Below, in pieces: positions 1 through 6,302 of a stretch of DNA of 6,302 nucleotides (position 1 is its first letter; each line of letters begins with the position of its first letter). The DNA lies in the IMG/VR virus record IMGVR_UViG_2619619127_000006; one strand, given 5' to 3'. The notes below the pieces were generated by a model. That model was not told the DNA's origin. It saw only the letters and a program-made list of their open reading frames with translations, and did not search any database. The translations under genes and the position numbers were made by a program. Origin of the DNA: a virus (Duplodnaviria; Heunggongvirae; Uroviricota; Caudoviricetes).

Positions 1-78
1 ACACGAAAGATCACATACAAAGAGAAAATTTGTTTGTTTTCAATTCATTGCGCATCCATCTAGCCAACAGTCGCTAAA

Positions 79-102
79 TTGGTACACAATTTGGTACACA
101 AA
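79..102. repeat. Tandem direct repeat, 2 x 12 bp (TTGGTACACAAT / TTGGTACACAAA)
   Basis: Exact 11-mer TTGGTACACAA at 79-89 and again at 91-101, head to tail, in a non-coding stretch. Function unknown; could be a protein-binding site. Confidence 0.4.
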
Positions 103-639
103 TGAAAAATCGACACAGCAAGTTTTTCACCCAGTAAAATCATGGTAACACTAAAAAAGTAGTGATTGCACTATCTCTGTTTGACATTGACTAACATTGT
201 CATCGCTTCAATGAAGTACATCGTCTAACCAGGCTGTTTTAGTTGATAATTGTGACTTTATATCGCTGATTGTTGGTACAAACGGAAAAGGAAGGAGACA
301 AAAAATAACACTATTTATTCATCGAATTAATGGTAACCACAAATTAATACAGATGGACACCATCCGAACCTAAAGAAAGATAAGCGGAAGGTTTCCTGAT
401 AGTGACGCCAGCAACTGACAATGATCTAGTTAATTCTCACGACTAGCGACTACTAGCACTGTCGGCATATAAAGCTCACTAGGGTATGAGGTCAGATGAT
501 GGAGAAAAGAGGCTGAGGTGATAGTTGCCGATGATACAATACCGACAAGTAAGTTTATCTGGCACGATGTGTCTCGCACTGTACGGATGATTAAAAATCA
601 AGTAGGGAGCCTTGTGTCTGCTGTTTGAGATGGATTATC

Positions 640-690
640 ATTTTTTATAAGATTACAGGAAAATTATTTTCATATACTGTTTTATTTTTA
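640..690 (+). promoter_or_regulatory. Possible sigma70-type promoter region for the NTPase gene
   Basis: AT-rich stretch with a TATACT hexamer at 673-678 about 30 nt upstream of the ATG. No well-spaced -35 (TTACAG at 653-658 leaves only a 14-nt spacer). Shine-Dalgarno before ATG 711 is weak. Speculative. Confidence 0.2.
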
Positions 691-710
691 ACAGCGAGCC
701 AGAAAACTTG

Positions 711-2453
711 ATGAAATACTCTAACAGCAATCTTATTATAAAAATAATACATCTACTTTCACAAAAAAGAGATGGTCTGATTTTGCTTGATGGGAGCTGG
801 GGCACAGGAAAGACTCACTTTATCAGAAAAAAATTCCCCAAGTACTATGATAAAAACATTTTCTATTATATTTCTTTACTAGGTATTAAATCCTTATCAG
901 ATTTCAAAGCTAAAATTATAGATTGTTACTACCTGCAAGATATACAAACATTTAAATCCGGGCTCGAAAGTCTATCAGGGATAGGTAGCATTGCCAGCGG
1001 CTCACCTGCAAGTGCCAATATTATTAACAGCATGTTTAATTCTATTGGTGCAAGTGTTAGAGAAAACATTTTATCAAAACTGGATGGTATTTTTATATTG
1101 GATGATATAGAGAGAATATCCGAAAAATCATTAGTTAGTGAAATTTTGACATATTGCCATTCTCTTTATATGTCCGAGATGAACTCAAATTTAGACTTTA
1201 TTATTATTACCAATACATCAACTGAGTCTGGTTTAAAAATAGAACACAAGGAAAAACTCATTGCAGAAACACTTCATTATAATCCGCATCCAGAGGAAAT
1301 ATTGGATATAGATATAATAAATGGAAAGCTTTCCCAATTCCCACAGGAAGATAAAATTCTCTTTGAGGATATAGTAAAAAATAACAACATAGTTAACATC
1401 CGTATTTTGATGCGTATTTTGGACACAGTTACGCCATTATATGAATACGTTAAATCATATCCTCATCTTTCTTGGCGAATACCATCAACAATTCTTTTAA
1501 ACTCAATATGCTCTTTCTTCATTTTATTATTTTTGCATAATCACTCTCTTGAGGATCTTCTCAAGGACAAAGATCCAACTTTTTTATTAAACACCGAGAA
1601 ATCAAGTGATAGTGAGAGAGTGCTATGGTTAGCATTGAATAATTACAAAATAAAACCTGAGATTAAAAGGTATTATAGCGGACAAGCTTCATTAAATGAC
1701 ATATTGGATGTTTTGTTTTATGAAGCAAAACGGCTTACTATGAGAGAAATTGCAATATCAGCACGTCCAGAATTACATGAGATAAATGAAAAGGAACTTT
1801 CAAATACACTTGTCGACTTAATTTGCCGTAAGATTGACTGTAATTTCTATGAATGGATAAAAGCGTTTCAGAATTATGAGTATTTAACCACACATAAATA
1901 CCTACCAAAATCACCAATTATAACTCTAAAGTTTGTCACTTCGATTCTGAACGGATTCACTGACAATGAAGTTGCAGAATGCTTTGAGCTATACTCACTT
2001 GATAGAAAAAATAGCTTAAATAGTGGTTTTGAAGATAGCAAATTGCTGTACTCAATTTCATTTTACCGTTATGAAAGCACGATCAAAATGCGTGAACTCA
2101 ACACTATTAAGTTGCAATTAGAATTGAATGGCTGGGCATCATTCAATGCTAACCAATTAACCACTTTAGATCCATTCGGAAATTATAAGCCGCTTGAAGT
2201 ACTTGGTGTATCATTTGTAACAAAATGCGTTTTAAAGAATTGGGCAGTTAATGATATTGAGCAATTTAGTTCTTTCTTGCGTAGCAACTATCAAATCAGC
2301 AACATAAAACAATTCGCCACTAATGAAAAAAACAAACTTATTTATCTTAGTCAAAAACTTGATATTTTTTGCCTTTCCTATAAAGAAAGCTTTAAATTTG
2401 GAGCCATATACGATCTAAACAGAACAGTTAAAATTGCCATTAACAAATTATGA
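711..2453 (+). CDS. KAP-family P-loop NTPase (putative), about 580 aa; candidate accessory/defence protein
   Basis: Long uninterrupted ORF in the track (708..2453). Position 708 is TTG, immediately followed by ATG at 711, which I take as the more likely start. Walker A 'LLDGSWGTGKTHF' near the N-terminus has the GxWGxGKT form typical of KAP NTPases; Walker B 'GIFILDDIER' lies about 90 aa downstream. The remaining ~360 aa have no motif I recognise. The gene is markedly AT-rich and Ile/Asn/Lys/Tyr-rich compared with the tail genes. Confidence 0.7.
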   Translation: MKYSNSNLIIKIIHLLSQKRDGLILLDGSWGTGKTHFIRKKFPKYYDKNIFYYISLLGIKSLSDFKAKIIDCYYLQDIQTFKSGLESLSGIGSIASGSPASANIINSMFNSIGASVRENILSKLDGIFILDDIERISEKSLVSEILTYCHSLYMSEMNSNLDFIIITNTSTESGLKIEHKEKLIAETLHYNPHPEEILDIDIINGKLSQFPQEDKILFEDIVKNNNIVNIRILMRILDTVTPLYEYVKSYPHLSWRIPSTILLNSICSFFILLFLHNHSLEDLLKDKDPTFLLNTEKSSDSERVLWLALNNYKIKPEIKRYYSGQASLNDILDVLFYEAKRLTMREIAISARPELHEINEKELSNTLVDLICRKIDCNFYEWIKAFQNYEYLTTHKYLPKSPIITLKFVTSILNGFTDNEVAECFELYSLDRKNSLNSGFEDSKLLYSISFYRYESTIKMRELNTIKLQLELNGWASFNANQLTTLDPFGNYKPLEVLGVSFVTKCVLKNWAVNDIEQFSSFLRSNYQISNIKQFATNEKNKLIYLSQKLDIFCLSYKESFKFGAIYDLNRTVKIAINKL

Positions 2454-2934
2454 GAACATCCACTTTACCAAAAAATCATTTTTTTGGTGGGGTAATACCT
2501 GGCGATTAACAAATCTGAAACAAAGCTCTAATACAGCGGCGAAAGCATGATTTACTTGTGTATATTTAGTTCAAGACGTGCTTCGCCGTGCATCTCTCAC
2601 TATTTCCCTCCAGAGCAACATTAAAATACTTCATATAATATATGATATAAGTATCATCTAGCCAAAAACCATTTGAATCCACATGCATTCCAGCTTTTAT
2701 TGATACTCTATCTGATATATCATCCCACCAATTCAGCCATTAATGCTATGACAGGAATTCTAGTTATTCATCATTTTGAGCTGATGATGCAATAACGCAA
2801 TTCATTAATATATAATATTTTTTCACTCACCCCTATTACTTCTGTGGCGCTTGCAAAAAATCATTCAGTCTGAAGCAGGTAATTAATCTCGCCACTTACT
2901 ATCAGTTTCGGGAAAGTACACTAAACATGCTTTT

Positions 2935-3234
2935 TCACCCACGATTAACTAACCGCCAGACCAGCAGACACGCCACCACCGGCACAGCAAAATCCATCAT
3001 GCTTGCCACATCCCACGCGCGTGGATCAAAACCGCCCCACCACGGCATATTCATACGCTTGCCATGCCCGAACATTTCAATCCAGCGATATTCTGCCTGG
3101 GTGTGTTCACGCGCAATGAAGAACGTACAACCGGCTATCGCTCCGTAAGCCCAGTTCCCGGTAAAAAGACCAATCAGTAGCTGCGCAGCCACAGCACAAA
3201 GAGCATGAAGGAAAGGTGTTATATCCATTTTCAT
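2935..3234 (-). CDS. Small hydrophobic (probable inner-membrane) protein of unknown function, about 97-102 aa
   Basis: Track ORF 2935..3243 begins at a TTG. In-frame ATGs at 3232-3234 and 3226-3228 follow an AGGA Shine-Dalgarno-like sequence, so the true start is probably one of these. The protein has two to three hydrophobic stretches (FLHALCAVAAQLLIGLF, AYGAIAGCTFFIA, FAVPVVACLLVW) and a Trp/Gly-rich loop (MPWWGGFDPRAW). Stop TGA at 2935-2937. No family recognised. Confidence 0.55.
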   Translation of the reverse strand: MKMDITPFLHALCAVAAQLLIGLFTGNWAYGAIAGCTFFIAREHTQAEYRWIEMFGHGKRMNMPWWGGFDPRAWDVASMMDFAVPVVACLLVWRLVNRG

Positions 3235-3243
3235 CCTACCCAA

Positions 3244-3265
3244 TAAAACGGGGCGCTCGGCCCCT
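3244..3265 (-). terminator. Putative intrinsic terminator after the 346-aa fibre gene
   Basis: GC stem GGGGC (3250-3254), loop GCTCG, GCCCC (3260-3264). Read on the minus strand it is followed by GTTTTATTG, immediately after the TAA stop at 3271-3273. The U-tract is short and interrupted, and the next gene's start lies directly after it. Confidence 0.4.
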
Positions 3266-3270
3266 TAATA

Positions 3271-4311
3271 TTATTTAGACGCAAGCGCCGCCTCAATTGC
3301 AGATAATCTTTGTCTTAATTCTGCGTTTTCTTCTTCCAGTGCTGTTATCCTGTCGTCTGACTCTCTGGCTCCCTGAACAAGCAAGCCAGTAACACCAGAA
3401 TAATCTACAGTGTAATACCGTTCACCTTCTTCTCCATCTAATCCACTCCCGCCGTCTGGATATTTCATCATAGACCCTACGGCTTCGGGGATGGCTTCCA
3501 GGGTTTCTTGTGCAATAACACCAGCGTAAGGCATACCGTTTTCTTTAAGCGTGTATGTATAGCCGTTCATTTTACGAATGCGGTCGATTGCATTATCGAT
3601 CACCTGAATATTGTCTTTCAGATCCCGGTCAGAGCCTTGATTAAATGCACTTGCATTGCACGCGCCGTTAACCGTTAATTCGTAGGTATTGCTGGTAGTT
3701 TTCTGCGCATAGAACATATAAGCGCCACCATCAACACCGACTTCATAAACAACAGGACGGCTGGAGTTGCCCCACAATTGAGCAGTAACACCAGCATAAG
3801 CGGTTCCCTGTGTGTTTAATGTCATGGTTGACCCATGATTGGCATATTTGATCTGTAATGTGTCGGTGTAATCAAATTTAATAAGCGCGTTACTTCCACG
3901 CTTGCTGTATGACATAAGGCAGTTACCCATTTTGAGGTATCCGCTGTCACCGGGAAAAATCATCGTACCGCCATAAAGGTTGGTAAAGTCCCAGCAAATG
4001 TTTGTCCCGTTATCGTTCAGGTTAAGGCGCGCCATTGCGTTACCTGGACTGTCTATCCATTTTTTGAGGTATAGTTCGCAATACGCATCCTCAACACCTG
4101 CCGTCCTGTGAGTTGAGCGGAGTTTTCTCCCAAATATAGCTCCGCTAGTTGGCAATACCTGCTGATACCATGAAGCAGACCAGTCACCAACGATTTCATC
4201 TTTGCTGTCTACATATAATTTTGTTGCGTAGCTTCCTTGATCGTTTTTTAATTTGCTAACGTCGGATTTTAGCGTTTTGATGTCATCAGGAATTACTGTC
4301 GATGTAGCCAT
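3271..4311 (-). CDS. Tail fibre / tailspike distal protein with C-terminal intramolecular chaperone (peptidase S74-like) domain, 346 aa
   Basis: ATG at 4309-4311 preceded by GAGGAAG. The C-terminal ~120 aa carry 'GSDRDLKDNIQVIDNAIDRIRKMNGYTY ... YAGVIAQETLEAIPEAV ... YTVDYSGVTGLLVQGARE ... ITALEEENAELRQRLSAIEAAL', which matches the S-D-x-x-L-K-x-N-I signature, GxIAQE core and terminal coiled coil of the autoproteolytic chaperone domain of endosialidase / T5 L-shaped fibre type proteins. Codon usage matches the neighbouring tail genes. Confidence 0.8.
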   Translation of the reverse strand: MATSTVIPDDIKTLKSDVSKLKNDQGSYATKLYVDSKDEIVGDWSASWYQQVLPTSGAIFGRKLRSTHRTAGVEDAYCELYLKKWIDSPGNAMARLNLNDNGTNICWDFTNLYGGTMIFPGDSGYLKMGNCLMSYSKRGSNALIKFDYTDTLQIKYANHGSTMTLNTQGTAYAGVTAQLWGNSSRPVVYEVGVDGGAYMFYAQKTTSNTYELTVNGACNASAFNQGSDRDLKDNIQVIDNAIDRIRKMNGYTYTLKENGMPYAGVIAQETLEAIPEAVGSMMKYPDGGSGLDGEEGERYYTVDYSGVTGLLVQGARESDDRITALEEENAELRQRLSAIEAALASK

Positions 4312-4320
4312 TTTTCTTCC

Positions 4321-4602
4321 TCACATCCAGCCACGAAGTTGATGCTCAACAGCAACCACGTATTCATCGAATAATGACGATATTTGCGAATCATTAATGA
4401 TGCGCACGTTTACAAAATATCCGTCTTCCTTAACACATACCGGTTCGCCATCTTCAGTCAGTTCTCCGGTTTCTTTGTACACGTTACCTATCACGTCAAT
4501 AAGAATATCATCCTGCATCGACTCGTCATCATAATAGCCAGTGCTATCCATAAAGGCCGAAAAGTCGGCCCTGTCGGCAAATTTGAGTGTTAAATCTTTC
4601 AT
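4321..4602 (-). CDS. Small acidic protein, 93 aa, translationally coupled to the tail fibre gene; possible fibre adaptor or assembly factor
   Basis: ATG at 4600-4602 overlaps the fibre gene's TAA stop (4602-4604) by one base. Its own TGA stop (4321-4323) overlaps the Shine-Dalgarno of the next gene. Asp/Glu-rich; no similarity to lambda Tfa that I can recognise. Function is inferred from position only. Confidence 0.55.
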   Translation of the reverse strand: MKDLTLKFADRADFSAFMDSTGYYDDESMQDDILIDVIGNVYKETGELTEDGEPVCVKEDGYFVNVRIINDSQISSLFDEYVVAVEHQLRGWM

Positions 4603-6302
4603 TAGATTGACTCCCCCACCTGAGCATCAGTCAATGCCTTGTGCCATATTCTGAAATTCCTGACATGACCAAATAAATGACGTAACCCGGCTGTAGTCTG
4701 GCCTCCAATACGGATAATTGCGGTGTTCTGAATACAGGACCATGTGGTTTTTGTTTCGCTGGATATATGCCCGTTACTTACTGAGCACGTAGACTGCTCT
4801 GACTTTACACGCATCCCCATAACCATTTTTTCAAGCGATGCGTTTTCGTTTACCCGTCTGTTAGCTCCTCCAATATCGCAATAAGGAAATCCGTCGTAAT
4901 CTGTTGAACGACCGAAGCCAAGAATAATAGCCGCTCCGGTTTGATGACCGCCGGTATCAAAAACACGTGGCGCTGCATTTGGCGTTTTATACCAGTTCTT
5001 ATGTACCTCACAAAGAACCGTAAAAGGAAGATTATAAAGATTATTCTTAATTGGAACTGTAACTATATCGCTTGCGCGGGTCGCCGCCGTCGCTCCTGAT
5101 ATAATAAAAGATGATACACAAGGCCCATCTTCTACTTGTGGGGTGGCCAGATAAATATAGTCACCAGATACGGTTGCCCCGCTCTGCTTAGGAGAATACT
5201 GTATCTGAGAGCCTATTTTTAACTCCCCATCAATTGCCTGAATTGTTGCCTCTGCAAAAATCCATCCGGTAGCTTCGTCCTTTCTGACTCTCGCTGTGAT
5301 CCTTGAGGCAGCACCGCCTGTCATATTAATTTCAAGCGTTTGTGTATCAATATACGCATCACCAAGAAAAGTTGTTGCGCTACCGTCATATTTATCAAAC
5401 CGGATACGCAACCTTACCTGCAGTTCTGTTTTAAAACGACATGAGGTTGTCACGTGTTTATTATCGCCTGAGACATCAACTGACTTTGTTGCAGCAATTG
5501 ATGCCATATTAATGGCTGAGGTTTGCCCAATCAGAGAATCGTTACAGACAAACTTTCCATAGGTAAAACCAAAACTATCCGTCCCGGTTTCGGGAACATC
5601 CATATTTGACGATCGCCCCCAACTGGCAGGGCTTTCCGAATTGAGCATGTAGTTTGTTCTTTGCCCCTCAATAAGCAGGCCATCACGTTCAAATCGTGGC
5701 TCGTCAATGGCAGCCTCTGTCAGCACACCAGATTTGTTAATATAGGTTGCTTTCGATGCACGTTTAAACTTAACAATCTTGTCGCCAGGCATCGTTATTT
5801 CATCGTCACCAATAACAATTTTTTTATATGATGGCGAAAAGCCCGTAATCATATCCAGCGAATCGTTAAATGGTATCCACACATCAGGCAGCGGCTGTAA
5901 GACATATTTATACGGCTCCGCAGCCTGGCTTGCGTACTCTCTGGCTGCATCTTCGCTTGCTTTAGCTGCCGTCTGGCTTGCTGCCGATGCTTTCGCTGAG
6001 TTCGCAGCCGCTGTTTCGCTCACCTTTGCGTTGGTTTCACTGGTTTTTGCTGCTTTTTGACTGTTAGCTGATGCAGTAGCAGAAGCAGCCGCCGCGCTTG
6101 CAGAACTGGCTGCGGCACTCTCGCTTTGGGCCGCTGCATCCTGACTGCTTTTCGCCGCAGTTTCACTGGCTTTGGCATTCGTTTCGCTGGTCTTCGCTGC
6201 CGTCTGGCTGGACTTTGCGTTAGTTTCACTCGTCTTCGCAGCTTTCTGGCTGTTAGCCGCAGCAGTTGCTGATCCAGCTGCTGAAGTCGCAGAACCGGCT
6301 GC
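4602..6302 (-). CDS. Side tail fibre protein (Stf-like), 5'-partial; N-terminus lies beyond the window edge
   Basis: The track's 473-aa ORF starts at a GTG (6021-6023). Translating the same minus frame by hand from 6302 downward gives an uninterrupted 'AAGSATSAGSATAAANSQKAAKTSETNAKSSQTAAKTSETNAKASETAAKSSQDAAAQSESAAA...NSQKAAKTSETNAK' run with no stop, continuous with 'SETAAANSAKASAASQTAAKASEDAAREYASQAAEPYKY...'. These 'AAKTSETNAK' repeats are characteristic of lambda Stf and the related enterobacterial prophage side tail fibres. The C-terminal ~440 aa are Gly/Thr/Ser-rich, consistent with a fibre shaft. Confidence 0.85.
   Translation of the reverse strand, partial: AAGSATSAAGSATAAANSQKAAKTSETNAKSSQTAAKTSETNAKASETAAKSSQDAAAQSESAAASSASAAAASATASANSQKAAKTSETNAKVSETAAANSAKASAASQTAAKASEDAAREYASQAAEPYKYVLQPLPDVWIPFNDSLDMITGFSPSYKKIVIGDDEITMPGDKIVKFKRASKATYINKSGVLTEAAIDEPRFERDGLLIEGQRTNYMLNSESPASWGRSSNMDVPETGTDSFGFTYGKFVCNDSLIGQTSAINMASIAATKSVDVSGDNKHVTTSCRFKTELQVRLRIRFDKYDGSATTFLGDAYIDTQTLEINMTGGAASRITARVRKDEATGWIFAEATIQAIDGELKIGSQIQYSPKQSGATVSGDYIYLATPQVEDGPCVSSFIISGATAATRASDIVTVPIKNNLYNLPFTVLCEVHKNWYKTPNAAPRVFDTGGHQTGAAIILGFGRSTDYDGFPYCDIGGANRRVNENASLEKMVMGMRVKSEQSTCSVSNGHISSETKTTWSCIQNTAIIRIGGQTTAGLRHLFGHVRNFRIWHKALTDAQVGESI
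5940..6302 (-). repeat. Imperfect tandem coding repeats inside the tail fibre gene
   Basis: Nucleotide blocks recur with variation, e.g. 'tttcactggtttttgctgctttttgactgttagc' near 6036-6068 against 'tttcactcgtcttcgcagctttctggctgttagc' near 6222-6254, and 'gctgccgtctggct' at 5966-5979 and 6197-6210. They correspond to the AAKTSETNAK / AAKSSQ peptide repeats. Confidence 0.6.

Noticed and set aside
708-710. TTG at 708 as the NTPase start
   Set aside because: An ATG follows immediately at 711; the TTG is most likely an ORF-finder artefact, though neither has a strong Shine-Dalgarno.
2468-2487. Hairpin CCAAAAAA-tcat-TTTTTTGG just after the NTPase stop as a terminator
   Set aside because: The stem is entirely A/T and too weak for a convincing intrinsic terminator; it may simply be an A/T tract.
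2927-3148. Plus-strand 73-aa ORF
   Set aside because: Lies entirely antisense to the small membrane-protein gene, has a Pro/Arg/His-rich low-complexity translation and no ribosome-binding site; a shadow ORF.
708-3243. NTPase and small membrane protein as a two-gene operon
   Set aside because: The genes are convergent and separated by about 480 bp, and differ in composition; any functional link would be only by proximity.
4384-4593. Plus-strand 69-aa ORF
   Set aside because: Antisense to the translationally coupled 93-aa gene; shadow ORF.
5296-5562. Plus-strand 88-aa ORF
   Set aside because: Embedded antisense within the tail fibre gene; shadow ORF.
6021-6023. GTG at 6023 as the tail fibre start
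   Set aside because: The same frame continues without a stop to position 6302 and encodes further canonical fibre repeats, so the gene is 5'-truncated by the window.
5779-6060. Plus-strand 93-aa ORF
   Set aside because: Antisense to the fibre gene's repeat region; its Ala/Leu-rich translation is the mirror of the Ala/Ser repeats.
6020-6229. Minus-strand 69-aa Arg/Lys/Pro/Gln-rich ORF
   Set aside because: An alternative frame of the same repeat DNA; the Stf-like frame is open across it to the window edge and gives the recognisable fibre repeats.
1-6302. CRISPR array, tRNA, rRNA, integrase or transposase
   Set aside because: No regularly spaced repeats, no cloverleaf-like segment I could identify by eye, and no ORF with recombinase or transposase motifs.

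Overview
The window reads as the distal end of an enterobacterial lambdoid-type prophage tail-fibre module on the minus strand, abutted by a visibly AT-rich segment (about 1-2930) carrying one plus-strand gene. The minus-strand module is: a 5'-truncated side-tail-fibre gene with Ala/Ser/Thr-rich repeats (4602-6302), a translationally coupled 93-aa acidic ORF, a 346-aa fibre protein ending in an intramolecular-chaperone (peptidase S74-type) domain, a hairpin terminator, and a small membrane-protein gene. The plus-strand gene (711-2453) encodes a ~580-aa protein with a KAP-type P-loop (GSWGTGKT) and a Walker B motif (IFILDDIE). It is the best candidate for an accessory, possibly anti-phage, function, but I see no partner gene, so it is at most a single-gene system. 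No rRNA, tRNA, CRISPR array or transposase was recognised. All family assignments rest on motifs read by eye, and composition figures are visual estimates, not computed.
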